The notes under the pieces were generated by a model. The model searched no databases. It was not told the DNA's origin and saw only the letters and a list, made by a program, of their open reading frames with translations. Shown here piece by piece: positions 18,862-30,731 of a stretch of DNA of 64,000 nt. This DNA comes from an uncultured Actinomycetes bacterium (GTDB taxonomy: Bacteria; Actinomycetota; Thermoleophilia; Gaiellales; JAICJC01), in assembly GCA_963744065.1 (NCBI GenBank), contig CAVUSN010000001.1, positions 217,659 through 281,658 on the forward strand, written 5' to 3'. The position numbers and the translations under genes were made by a program. How positions within the stretch are numbered: the first letter of the stretch is position 1; every line of letters starts with the position of its first letter.

Positions 18862-20269
18862 ATGCGACTCGCCATCCTTGGCGGCGGCCCGGCAGGCTAC
18901 GCGGCCGCGGCCACCGCCGCACACCTGGGCGCCGATGTGGTGCTGATCGAGGAGAACCAGCTCGGCGGGTACTGCACCACCACCGACGCCATCCCCTCAA
19001 AGACGCTGCTGACCACCGCCGACGCCATGCTCGAGGTGGGGCGGGCGGTGGACAACGGGCTGGATTTTCAGCACGGCCTGCCGCGCGGTCAACCTGCGTC
19101 GTGCTCTGGCCCGGGCGCGCGCGGTGGCCCTGCACCAGAGCCGCGGCGTGCGCGAGCGGATGGATGGCATGAACGTGCGCGTGCTGCCCGGCCGCGGGCA
19201 CGTGGTCGGGCCACACCAGCTGGCGGTCGACCTGGAAGGCCGCGAGCATGAGGTCGAGTTCGATGCGCTGCTGGTGTGCACCGGCGCCTCGCCCTTCGTC
19301 CCGGCCTTCGCCGCTCCCGACGCGCACCGGGTGCTGACCACCCGCCAGGTGTTCGACCTGCGCGACCTGCCGCCGCACCTGATCGTCCTGGGCGCCGGCC
19401 CCACCGGCTGTGAGTTCGCGGACTTCTTCTCCCGCTGCGGCTCGCGGGTGACCCTGGTTTCGGCCCGCGACCAGATCCTGCCGGCCGACGACCCCGATCT
19501 GGCCGAGGTGCTGGAGGAGGTGTTCCTGCGCCGCGGCATGGACGTGGTGGAGGGCGGTCGGGCGGCGGCCATCGACCTCGAGGAGGACGGGGGCGAGGTG
19601 CGGCTGGTGCTGGAGGACGGCCGCGATCTGGCCGGCTCGCATGTGCTGCTGTGCATCGGCATGCGGCCCAACACCCAGGGCCTGGGGCTGGAGACGGCGG
19701 GTGTCGAGTTCGGCGACCGCGGCACGCTGCCGGTGGACGAGTTCTGCCGCACAAACGTCGGCCACATCTACGCCTGCGGCGACGTCACCGGTCAGATCAT
19801 GCTGGCCAACACGGCGGCCATGCATGGCCGCACCGCCGCCATGCACGCCATCGGGGTGGCGGTCGAGGGGCTGCGCTACACCGGGGTGGCGTGGTGCGTG
19901 TTCACACGGCCGGAGATCGCCAAGGCCGGCCTGTCCGAGCGCCAGGCCCACGCCGAGGGGATCCCGGTGCGGGTGACCAAGCACCTGATCCGGGCCAACC
20001 CGCGGGCGGTCATGGAGTCGGAGACCGACGGCCTGATCAAGCTTCTGTCCGACCCCCAGGACGGCACCATCCTGGGCGGCGCGATGGTCGGGTTCCGGGC
20101 CTCGGAGGTGATCACCGCGGTCGCGCTGGCGGTGCACGCCAAGCTGTCGGTGCAGGACATGGCCGAGACGGCGGCGGTCAACCCGTCCATGTCCGAGAGT
20201 CTGCAGCGGTGCGCGGAGAAGGCGGCCGAGGGCATGCTCGGCGTCTCCCGCGTCACCCTGACCGCGTAG
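18862..20269 (+). pseudogene. LpdA-like flavoprotein disulfide-reductase-family NAD(P)H dehydrogenase, one frameshift
   Basis: MRLAILGGGPAGYAAA..GGYCTTTDAIPSKTL.. (frame of ORF 18730) continues as ..VNLRRALARARAVALHQSRGV..LIVLGAGPTGCEFA..ACGDV.. (ORF 19124-20269). The shift lies near 19075-19095. Confidence 0.85.
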
Positions 20270-20278
20270 AGCCCGTTC

Positions 20279-21040
20279 TCAGACCTCGAAGCGGAGGCCC
20301 GGTCTGGCCACATCCACCGGGCCGTCGAAGCCGGCCTTGGCCCGTTCCAGCACCCTGTGGTGGTCGTTCTCGGCCGGCACGTGGGTCAGCAGCAGCCGGC
20401 CGACGTTGGCGGCGCTGGCGGCCTGGGCGGCCTCGTCGGGGTCCATGTGCCCGCGGTCGACATCGTCGCGGCTGCCGTCCGCCAGCGACGCCTCGCACAC
20501 AAACAGGTCGGCGTCAGCAGCGAAGTCGATCAGCGTCTGGGTGGGCGCGGTGTCGGCCGAGTAGACGATGGTGGCGCCGCTGGCCCGCATCTTGATCGAC
20601 CAGCAGGTCGTGTAGTGCAGGCAGGGCGCGAAGGAGAACTCCACCGAGCCGATCCGAAGGCCGGTGGCGGGGTCGAACTCCGAGGTGGGGAAGGCCGCCT
20701 CGAAGGTGGCCAGCGAACCTCCCCAGATCTGGGCCACCGTGTCCAGCACCGCCTTGCCGCCCGGCGGCAGGTGCAGGGAGGGGTGCGGCCGGTCGTGCCA
20801 GCTCCCGTACAGGTAGGCGTAGTGCAGGGGCACCAGGTCGAACCAGTGGTCGGCGTGGAAGTGGCTGATCAGGATGGCCGTCAGCGGCCCCGGGTCATGC
20901 GCCCGCAACTCTGACGCGATGCCGGAGCCGCAGTCCACCAGCACCCGTTGGCCCTCGCCCTCCAGCACGTAGCCGCTGGCGGCCTGGCCAGGGTTGGGCC
21001 AGGCCGGGCTGCCGCCCAGCACCGTCCATGCCAGCCCCAT
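20279..21040 (-). CDS. MBL-fold metallo-hydrolase
   Basis: Intact 253-aa ORF with HFHADH. It starts immediately after the fabI stop (TAGATG). Confidence 0.85.
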   Translation of the reverse strand: MGLAWTVLGGSPAWPNPGQAASGYVLEGEGQRVLVDCGSGIASELRAHDPGPLTAILISHFHADHWFDLVPLHYAYLYGSWHDRPHPSLHLPPGGKAVLDTVAQIWGGSLATFEAAFPTSEFDPATGLRIGSVEFSFAPCLHYTTCWSIKMRASGATIVYSADTAPTQTLIDFAADADLFVCEASLADGSRDDVDRGHMDPDEAAQAASAANVGRLLLTHVPAENDHHRVLERAKAGFDGPVDVARPGLRFEV

Positions 21041-21820
21041 CTACATCCCCATCGAGTGGTAGCCCGCGTCGACGTACAGCGTCGTCCCGGTGACCATCGA
21101 GCCCAGCGGGCTGAGCAGATAGAGGGCCGCGTTGCCGACATCCAGCGCGTCGATGTTGCGGCCCAGCGGCGCCCGCTCTTCGATCACCCGCTCCATCTCC
21201 GAGAAGCCCTCGATGCCCTTCGCGGCCAGCGTCCGCACCGGCCCGGCCGAGATGGCGTTGACGCGGATGGCGGCCGGCCCCAGCTCGTAGGCCAGGTAGC
21301 GCATCGAGCACTCCAGCGCAGCCTTGGCCGTGGCCATCACGTTGTACTTGGGGAACGTGCGCTCGGACGCCATGTAGGTCATCGTCACCATCGAGCCTCC
21401 GCCGCGCGCCGCCATCAGCGGCTCGGCCGCCCGGGCCATCGCCACCAGTGAGTAGGCGGAGATGTCCAGAGCCACCCGGAACGTCTCCCGAGGCGTGTCG
21501 ATGAAGCGGTTCTGGAAGGCGTCGGCGGGTGCGTAGGCGATCGAGTGCACCAGCATGTCCAGCCCGCCCAGACCCTGGCCGACGGCATCGAAGGCGGCCT
21601 GGATCGACTCGTCCGAGGATGCGTCGCACTCCACCAGCAGGTTGGAGCCGACGCTCTGGGCGAGCTTCTCGACCCCGTCGCGCAGCCGCTCACCCTGGTA
21701 GGTGAAGGCAAGTGTGGCGCCCGCCTCGTGCAGCCGCTGGGCGATCGCCCAGGCGATGGAGCGCTTGTTGGCGACCCCGGTCACCAGACCCAGCTTGCCC
21801 TCCAGGATGCCCTCGGTCAC
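21041..21820 (-). CDS. fabI: enoyl-ACP reductase (NADH)
   Basis: GTG 21820 preceded by GAGGAGGAG. ..LEGKLGLVTGVANKRSIAWAIAQRLHEAGATLAFTYQ..MTYMASERTFPKYNVMATAKAALE..RVNAISAGP.. are FabI signatures. Confidence 0.92.
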   Translation of the reverse strand: MTEGILEGKLGLVTGVANKRSIAWAIAQRLHEAGATLAFTYQGERLRDGVEKLAQSVGSNLLVECDASSDESIQAAFDAVGQGLGGLDMLVHSIAYAPADAFQNRFIDTPRETFRVALDISAYSLVAMARAAEPLMAARGGGSMVTMTYMASERTFPKYNVMATAKAALECSMRYLAYELGPAAIRVNAISAGPVRTLAAKGIEGFSEMERVIEERAPLGRNIDALDVGNAALYLLSPLGSMVTGTTLYVDAGYHSMGM

Positions 21821-21855
21821 ACGCTCCTCCTCGCTCGGATTCCGTGCGAGGGTAG

Positions 21856-21897
21856 CAGGAAGTCGTTCCTGGATGGACGACGCCATTCAGGAACGAC
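21856..21897. promoter_or_regulatory. triple CAGGAA/TTCCTG inverted-repeat cluster in the fabI upstream region
   Basis: CAGGAA(21856-61)-GTCG-TTCCTG(21866-71), then CAGGAACGAC (21888-97), which is the exact reverse complement of GTCGTTCCTG (21862-71). Confidence 0.3.
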
Positions 21898-21949
21898 CTC
21901 CAGGGTGAACCGCAGGAGCCGAGCGCGCGGCGTCGTAGTCCCAACCCGC

Positions 21950-22768
21950 ATGACGCGTGCCCAGAGGATCGCGCTGGCCGGGGCCGTCGCGGTGTTCGTG
22001 GCCGTCGGCCTGGTCGCGGCGTACGCGTTCGGCCGGCACACCGGATCGGGCATCTCCAGTGGCATCAGCCAGTCTACGACCACCACCTCCAGCGGCTCCT
22101 CCACCACCACGCAGGCCGCACCGATCACGGCCACCCGCGCGGCGTTCGGCGGCGCGCCGGTGGCCAACGGCTGGCGGACGCGCTTCGCGCTCACCTTCGA
22201 CCGGGTGCCCAGCGGGTTCACGGTCGCCTCCACGCCGGCTGGCTTCCGGGTCACCTTCGAGTCGCCGGTGACGATCCCGGCCTCGGTGCTGGCGGCGGCC
22301 GATGCGGATGCCACCAAGTATCTGATGCACCCCAGCTGGGACGCCGCCAATCACGTGCTGACCGTGCGCACACCGTCTATGAACGACCTGATCAGCCAGA
22401 CAGTGCACGGCGTGGTCGGAAACACCCTGTTTCTGGACGACATCCGTCCGGCGGTGGGTACCTCCAACGGCTGCCTGTCGGTGAGCGTCCCGGCGCCGTA
22501 CACGGGCATCTTCGGCCTGTTCACGGCGCGCGGAACGGAGAGCGCCTTCGAGGGCCAGTTCACGATGGTGGTGCGGGGCGGCGGCACCCAGACCAAGCAG
22601 GTGGTTCACGCGGCCGGCGGAGGGCCGGCGCCCTTCTCGGTGCAGCTGACGCCGCCGCTGGAGTCGCAGCCGGTGGCCGGGCTGGTGGTGGCCTACGAGC
22701 TGTCGGCCAAGGACGGCCAGCCCACCTGCATCGTCAAGATCCCCATCTGGCTGAGCCCGGGAGGATAG
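21950..22768 (+). CDS. membrane-anchored protein with Ser/Thr-rich linker and C-terminal Gmad2-like Ig domain
   Basis: ATG 21950 within track ORF 21545-22768. It has an N-terminal TM helix (IALAGAVAVFVAVGLVAAYAF). The C-terminus ..AFEGQFTMVV..VVAYELSAKDGQPTCIVKIPIWL resembles Gmad2. Confidence 0.65.
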   Translation: MTRAQRIALAGAVAVFVAVGLVAAYAFGRHTGSGISSGISQSTTTTSSGSSTTTQAAPITATRAAFGGAPVANGWRTRFALTFDRVPSGFTVASTPAGFRVTFESPVTIPASVLAAADADATKYLMHPSWDAANHVLTVRTPSMNDLISQTVHGVVGNTLFLDDIRPAVGTSNGCLSVSVPAPYTGIFGLFTARGTESAFEGQFTMVVRGGGTQTKQVVHAAGGGPAPFSVQLTPPLESQPVAGLVVAYELSAKDGQPTCIVKIPIWLSPGG

Positions 22769-22772
22769 TGGT

Positions 22773-23267
22773 ATGACCACGGAGACGCACGATGTCGACC
22801 ACATGCGGTTCCACACCCAGCACGCCCGCCTGGCAAGCCCATTCGGCGAGGGTGGGTTCGGGGCGGTGGCCGAGAAGATCGCACGCCTCTTCGGCACGCC
22901 GCAGTACCTGATCGGGCAGTCGGTGGTGGTGGCCGTCTGGATCGCCATAAACGCGGTCGGCATCATCTACAGGTGGGACCCGTATCCGTTCATCCTGCTC
23001 AACCTCGCCTTCTCGCTGCAGGCGGCGTACGCCGCGCCGCTGATCCTGCTCGCCCAGACACGCCAGGCCGAGCGCGACAAAGTCACCACCGAGGCCGACG
23101 CCCAGCACCGCGAGGCGCTTTCGCAGGCGTCATTGGATCGTCAGAAAAACGCCGAGATCCAGGTGGCGGTGCTGAACAGGCTGCTGGAGCAGAACACCAA
23201 GCTGACCGAGCAGGTGGAGCAGCTGACCGAGCAGATCCACCACAGGGTGGTCTCTCCGCCTGGCTAG
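22773..23267 (+). CDS. DUF1003 domain membrane protein
   Basis: Intact 164-aa ORF. ..FGTPQYLIGQSVVVAVWIAIN..WDPYPFILLNLAFSLQAAYAAPLILLAQTRQAERD.. is the DUF1003 pattern. Confidence 0.75.
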   Translation: MTTETHDVDHMRFHTQHARLASPFGEGGFGAVAEKIARLFGTPQYLIGQSVVVAVWIAINAVGIIYRWDPYPFILLNLAFSLQAAYAAPLILLAQTRQAERDKVTTEADAQHREALSQASLDRQKNAEIQVAVLNRLLEQNTKLTEQVEQLTEQIHHRVVSPPG

Positions 23268-25165
23268 CGAGCCGACGCCACCTCGTCCAGGGCCGCCGGG
23301 TTCTCGAGCGACGACAGGTCGCCCTGCTCCTCGCCCAGCGCCGCCGCCCGCACCGCCCGGCGCACGATCTTCGCCGTTCGGGTGCGGGGCAGCGCCGCCA
23401 CGAAGCGCACGTCGGCCGGTGCGAACGCCTTACCCAGCACCTGGGCCACCTGGGTGCGCACCTCGGCCCGCAGCTCGTCTGAGGGCTCGTAGCCGGGACG
23501 CAGCACGCAGTACACCCACGCCACCTCGCCCTTGACGTCGTGCGGGACGCCGATCGCGCATGCCTCCGAGACGGCGGGATGGGCGACCGCCGCCGACTCG
23601 AACTCGGCCGGCCCGATCCGTTTGCCGGCGATGTTCAGGGTGTCGTCCGAGCGGCCGTGCAGGTACCAGTAGCCGTCCTCGTCCACCGACGCCCAGTCGC
23701 CGTGCACCCACACGCCGGGGAACCGGCTCCAGTACGCCTGCAGGTAGCGGTCGGGGTCGCCCCACACGCCGCGGGTCATGCTCGGCCACGGCTTGCGGCA
23801 CACCAGCTCGCCCACCTGGCCGGCCGGCAGGTGCTCCCCGGTCGGGCCGACCACGTCCATGGCCATGCCCAGCGAGGGCATGCCCAGCGTGCACTCGCGC
23901 AGCGGCATGACCGGCATTGGCGCCAGGAAGCAGGCGCCCACCTCGGTGCCGCCGGAGATGTTGATGATCGGGCAGCGGCCCTCGCCGCACACCTCGTGCA
24001 GCCACCGGTACGGCTCGGGGTTCCACGGCTCGCCGGTCGATCCCAGGATGCGAAGCGAGGAGCGGTCGTGCGCGTGCACCGGCTCGTCGCCGTGCCCGCG
24101 CAACGCGCGGATCAGGGTCGGCGAGACGCCCAGCACCGAGATCCGGTGGCGCTCGACCAGCTCCCACAGCCGGCCCGGGTCCGGGTAGTCGGGTGCGCCC
24201 TCCGACAGCACCGCCGTCGCCCCCAGGGCGCCCGCCCCGACCACCAGCTTGGGGCCCATGATCCAGCCCATGTCGCTCACCCACAGGAACCGGTCGTCGG
24301 CGTGCACGTCGGTCTGGAACGCGCACTCCTGGGCGATCTTGGCCAGGAACCCACCGTGCACGTGCACCGCTCCCTTGGGCCGGCCGGTGGTGCCGGAGGT
24401 GTAGATGACCATCATCACCGTCTCGGGGTCGAGCGCGGGCGCGGCCAGCTGGTCGGACTGCCGCGCCACCAGCTCGCGCCAGCGGTGATCGCGGCCGGCC
24501 GTCATGGGCGGGTCGGTGCCCAGCCGGTCGTAGACCAGCACGTGGCGAACGCCCGGCACCACCGCCAGCGCCTCGTCGGCCACCGCCTTCATGGCCACCG
24601 GGCGGCCTCGCCGCGGCACCGCGTCGGCGGTGATCAGGGCCATCGCCCCGGCGTCGGCCAGCCGGGCGGCGACAGCCGGCGCGGCGAAGCCGGAGAAGAT
24701 CGGCACCGTGATCGCGCCGATCTTGCACACCGCGTAGAACGCGGCGACAACCTCCACCGACATGGGCAGGTACAGGCCGACCGTGTCGCCGCGGGCGACG
24801 CCCAGTTCGAGTAGCGCGTTGGCGACCCGGTTCACCTCGGCCTGCAGCTCGCCGTAGGTGACCGTCCGTACCCCGCCGTCCTCGCGCTCGCAGATCACGG
24901 CCGGCCGGTCGCGACCCGGGCCGTTGGCGTGCCGATCGACGCAGTTGTGGGTCAAGTTGATCGTGCCGCCGCCGAACCAGGTCGTCCACTCGGGCCCATT
25001 GGAGTCGTCATAGACGCTGGTGTACGGGGTGAAGAACTCGATCCCGAGGTGGCGCACGACCGCATCCCAGAACCAGGCGATGTCGTCCTGGGCGCGGGCG
25101 TGCAACTCCCGCCAGTCGGAGATTCCGTGCGCCCGGCAGAAGGCCGTGACGCGGGCGTGCTCCAC
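23264..25165 (-). CDS. AMP-forming acyl-CoA synthetase (acetyl/acetoacetyl-CoA synthetase-like)
   Basis: Intact 633-aa ORF. ..MVIYTSGTTGRPKG..GEP..ISGGTE..WVHGDWA..DGYWYLHGRSDD..AGKRIG.. The conserved sequence continues upstream of the first canonical start (see findings). Confidence 0.9.
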   Translation of the reverse strand: MEHARVTAFCRAHGISDWRELHARAQDDIAWFWDAVVRHLGIEFFTPYTSVYDDSNGPEWTTWFGGGTINLTHNCVDRHANGPGRDRPAVICEREDGGVRTVTYGELQAEVNRVANALLELGVARGDTVGLYLPMSVEVVAAFYAVCKIGAITVPIFSGFAAPAVAARLADAGAMALITADAVPRRGRPVAMKAVADEALAVVPGVRHVLVYDRLGTDPPMTAGRDHRWRELVARQSDQLAAPALDPETVMMVIYTSGTTGRPKGAVHVHGGFLAKIAQECAFQTDVHADDRFLWVSDMGWIMGPKLVVGAGALGATAVLSEGAPDYPDPGRLWELVERHRISVLGVSPTLIRALRGHGDEPVHAHDRSSLRILGSTGEPWNPEPYRWLHEVCGEGRCPIINISGGTEVGACFLAPMPVMPLRECTLGMPSLGMAMDVVGPTGEHLPAGQVGELVCRKPWPSMTRGVWGDPDRYLQAYWSRFPGVWVHGDWASVDEDGYWYLHGRSDDTLNIAGKRIGPAEFESAAVAHPAVSEACAIGVPHDVKGEVAWVYCVLRPGYEPSDELRAEVRTQVAQVLGKAFAPADVRFVAALPRTRTAKIVRRAVRAAALGEEQGDLSSLENPAALDEVASAR

Positions 25166-25234
25166 GGTCTCGGCGGTCGGCTGCCAGATGTAGGGGGCGT
25201 CGATGCTTCGATGCTAGCGGGGTAGGCTCGCGCG

Positions 25235-26200
25235 GTGCGCGTCCTGATCGCCCCCGACAAGCTGCGCGGCACCTACACCGCCGCCGAGGCCTGTGCGGCC
25301 ATCGCCAGCGGCTGGTCGCAGGAGCGGCCCGCGGACGAGCTCGACCAGCTGCCGCTGGCCGACGGCGGTGAGGGCACCGCGGCAGCGCTTCTGGCCGCCG
25401 CCGGCGGCGCGTGGCGGCAGGTCGAGGTGCACGACGCCTTGGGCAGGCCCTGCCTGGCCGGGTTCGCCCAGCTGGCCGACGGGTCGGCCGCGGTGGACGT
25501 GGCCGAGGCCTGCGGCCTGTGGCGGGTGGCGGACCGGCCGCTCGATCCGCTGGGCGCATCCTCCCGGGGAGCCGGCGAGCTGATCGCTGCCGCGATAGAC
25601 CTGGGTGCCAGCAGGGTGGTCGTCGGCGTTGGCGGCACAGCGTCCACGGATGGCGGCGCAGGCCTGCGGGAGGGTCTGGGCCAGCTCCCCGACGGGGTCA
25701 CCCTGGTGGCGGCCCTGGACGTGGACAACCCGCTGTGCGGCCCGCGTGGGGCGGCGGCCGTGTACGGCCCCCAGAAGGGAGCCACGGCGGCCGACGTGGA
25801 GCTGCTGGAGGAGCGGCTGCGAGCGCTCGACCTGCCCACGGCCGATATGCCAGGCGCAGGCGCCGGGGGCGGCATCGGCGGCATGCTGATGGCGCTCGGG
25901 GCGGCTGCCCAACCGGGAGCCCAGCTGGTCATGCAGGAGGTGGGGTTCGACGGCCGGCTCCGGGCGGCCCAACTGTGCATCACGGGGGAGGGCAGGATCG
26001 ACAGCCAGACGCTGCACGGCAAGGTGGTGGCTGTGGTTGCTGACAAGTGCGCCGGCCGCGGCGTCCCATGTGTGGCGGTGGCAGGGCAGATCGAGCCGCA
26101 GGCCGCAGAGGAGCTGAGACGCCGCGGATGCGACACCCACGAGCAGGGCGACCTGGAGCTGGCCGGGCGCGAGCTGGCGCGCTCGCATGGCTCGGCTTGA
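25235..26200 (+). CDS. glycerate kinase
   Basis: Intact 321-aa ORF. MRVLIAPDKLRGTYTAAEA..LADGGEGT..GVGGTASTDGGAG..ITGEGRIDSQTLHGK.. are glycerate kinase signatures. Confidence 0.88.
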   Translation: MRVLIAPDKLRGTYTAAEACAAIASGWSQERPADELDQLPLADGGEGTAAALLAAAGGAWRQVEVHDALGRPCLAGFAQLADGSAAVDVAEACGLWRVADRPLDPLGASSRGAGELIAAAIDLGASRVVVGVGGTASTDGGAGLREGLGQLPDGVTLVAALDVDNPLCGPRGAAAVYGPQKGATAADVELLEERLRALDLPTADMPGAGAGGGIGGMLMALGAAAQPGAQLVMQEVGFDGRLRAAQLCITGEGRIDSQTLHGKVVAVVADKCAGRGVPCVAVAGQIEPQAAEELRRRGCDTHEQGDLELAGRELARSHGSA

Positions 26201-27534
26201 TCCTGGCCGGTTGCTCGCACTCCAGCGCCCAGTCCACGACAACCACGAGTCCCGTCAATCCCTGCGCGACTCGCCCGGCCTACGCCGCGCCCGACCCGCA
26301 CCGGCCTCGCTACCGGATGACGCTCGCGGTGGGCGCCAGATCCCCGGTCGTCGGCGGCACCGAGCAGGTGCGCTTCACCCCTGACCTGGCCACCGACCGG
26401 CTGGTGTTCAGGCTGTGGCCAAACGGCCCCATCGAGCGCAAGGTGGGCGGCTCGCTGGTCGTGCTCGGCCCCGTCACGTCAGGCGGGCGGCCGCTTCGCT
26501 CCAGTATGCCCGACCCGACAACCCTGGTGGTCGATCCGCCCCACCCGCTGGCCGCCGGCGACGAGGTCACCGTCTCGCTGCGTTGGCGGCTGCGCGTGCC
26601 GGATCCCCGTCGTGGTCTCGACCGCCTGGCTCGAACCGGCCCAGAGCTGCGGTTGGCGTCCTTCTTCCCCATTCTGGCCTGGCAGCCGGGCGTCGGCTGG
26701 GCGACCGACCCGCCGACTCCTCTGCTGGCCGAGGCCTCCACCTCGCCGACGGCCGACTTCGCAGTGCAGGTGCGGGTGCCGCCGGGCGAGCAGGCGTTGG
26801 CGACCGGCCGCGAGGTGTCCCCCGGACACTGGAGTGCGTATGCGGTGCGGGACTTCGCGCTGGCGATCGACCGCTTCCACGAGGCGACCGCGGTCGGCCG
26901 CGCGCCGGCTCCCGTGAAGGTGACCGTCGGAGTCGGGCCGGGTGTGTCCGTGTCGCCGGCGGCGGTGGCCGCGCGCGCGGTGGGTTACCTCCAGGAGTAC
27001 GATCGCCGGTTCGGCCCCTACCCGTGGCCGACGCTGGTCGTCCCCGTCACCCACGACCTCGGCTCAAGCGGGATCGAGTACCCGAATCTGGTCTTCGAGG
27101 GGCCCGGCGTACTGCGCGTGCTGGCGCACGAGATCGGCCACCAGTGGTTCTACTCGCTGGTCGGAAACGACCAGGCCCGCGACCCATGGCTGGACGAAGG
27201 ACTGGCGACCTACGTCCAGGTGACCGCCGACCACCTGCAGAGCTTCTACGCGCGGTTCGGCATCCCGCCGGCCGCGGCCGGCCACCTGGGTGCGCCGATG
27301 ACCTACTGGGACGGGCTGCCCTACGTCGACTACCAGGCCGGCGTCTACCTGCAGGGCGAGCGCGCGCTCGCCGGGCTGGGCCCACCGGCCACGGTGGACT
27401 GCGCGCTGCGCGGCTACGTGGCGGCAAACGCCTACCGGATCGCCACCCAGCCCGACCTGGCCAGGGCGTTGGCTCGAGTCTTCCCCGGCGCCTCCGCCCA
27501 ACTGCGCAAGCTGGGCGCGCACGTCACAGGATGA
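26128..27534 (+). CDS. M1-family metallopeptidase, probable lipoprotein
   Basis: HEIGHQWF..WLDEGLATY zinc motif. Lipobox LILAGC follows a basic n-region if ATG 26128 is used, which overlaps the glycerate kinase 3' end. The start is uncertain. Confidence 0.8.
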   Translation: MRHPRAGRPGAGRARAGALAWLGLILAGCSHSSAQSTTTTSPVNPCATRPAYAAPDPHRPRYRMTLAVGARSPVVGGTEQVRFTPDLATDRLVFRLWPNGPIERKVGGSLVVLGPVTSGGRPLRSSMPDPTTLVVDPPHPLAAGDEVTVSLRWRLRVPDPRRGLDRLARTGPELRLASFFPILAWQPGVGWATDPPTPLLAEASTSPTADFAVQVRVPPGEQALATGREVSPGHWSAYAVRDFALAIDRFHEATAVGRAPAPVKVTVGVGPGVSVSPAAVAARAVGYLQEYDRRFGPYPWPTLVVPVTHDLGSSGIEYPNLVFEGPGVLRVLAHEIGHQWFYSLVGNDQARDPWLDEGLATYVQVTADHLQSFYARFGIPPAAAGHLGAPMTYWDGLPYVDYQAGVYLQGERALAGLGPPATVDCALRGYVAANAYRIATQPDLARALARVFPGASAQLRKLGAHVTG

Positions 27535-27628
27535 GATTCTTCACCAACTGGGTACGGTGCCAGTGTGTGGGGCGGGCTAACGTGCCGGAAGCGGCGCCAG
27601 CCATCCATCCATTCGACGAGGAGCACCA

Positions 27629-29602
<1,974 letters not shown>

Positions 29603-29621
29603 AACCGAGGAGGACGACCGA

Positions 29622-30731
29622 ATGTCCGAGCGACTCAAGCAACTGGCAGCCGCGGGCACCAGCCCGTGGCTCGACAACATCCGCCGCAGCTGGCTCGAGT
29701 CGGGCGAGTTCAAGGGCATGGTGAACGAGGGCATCGTCGGGGTGACCTCCAACCCGACCATCTTCCAGAAGGCGATCGCCGACTCATCCGACTACGACGA
29801 CGCGATCCACGCCATGCACGGCAAGGGCGCCTCTGCGCAGGACGTGTTCTTCGAACTGGCCATCGAGGACGTGCAGGCCGCCGCCGACCAGTTGGCCGGC
29901 GTGTATCGCGACACCGGCCACCTCGACGGCTTCGTCTCCTTCGAGCTGCCGCCCGGCATGGCCAACGACACGGCCGGCGTCGATCACCGCCGCCCCCCAG
30001 TTCTGGAAGCGCATCGACCGGCCCAACATCTTCATCAAGATCCCGGGCACTGCCGAGGGCGTGCCGGCGATCGAGGAGTCGATCGCCGCCGGCGTGAACG
30101 TCAACGTGACGCTGCTCTTCTCGCTGGATGCGCTACGACGAGCCATCCACTGGGCCTTCATCCGCGGCCTGGAGCGGCGGGTCGCGGCCGGCCAGCCGAT
30201 CGACGACCTGCACTCCGTGGCCAGCTTCTTCGTCTCCCGGGTGGACACCGCCGTCGACAAGCAGCTGCCCGAGGGCTCGCCGCTGGCGCGGCAAGGCGGC
30301 CGTCGCCAACGCCAAGCTGGCGTACCAGCACTTCCTCGAGATCACCGCCGGCGATCGCTGGAAGGCGCTGGCAGGCGCACGGCGCGCGCGTGCAGCGGCC
30401 GCTGTGGGCCTCCACCGGCACGAAGAACCCGGCCTACTCCGACGTGCTCTACGTCGACGACGCTGATCGGGCCCGGACTGCGTCAACACGATGCCCGACC
30501 CCACCATCGAGGCGTTCACCGACCACGGCGTGGTCGCGCGCACGGTCGACGCCGACCTGGACGGCGCCCGCCGCGCGCTCGACGCAGGTGGCGGCGGCCG
30601 GCATCTCGCTCGACGCGGTCACCCGCCAGCTCGAGCTGGACGGCGTGAAGTCGTTCTCGGAGTCGTTCGACTCGCTGCTCGGGACGATCGAGGAGCGGCT
30701 GGCGCGAGATGGCGGCCGCAGCGCCGCGTGA
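29622..30731 (+). pseudogene. tal: transaldolase, multiple frameshifts
   Basis: The conserved sequence can be followed through frames 0-1-2-0-1-2-0: ..TSNPTIFQKAI..VSFELPP / ITAAPQFWKRIDRPNIFIKIPGTAEGVPAIEE..VNVTLLFS..SVASFFVSRVD / RGKAAVANAKLAYQ / ARVQRPLWASTGTKNP / VNTMPDPTIEAF / QVAAAGISLD... That is at least six frame changes. Confidence 0.9.
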
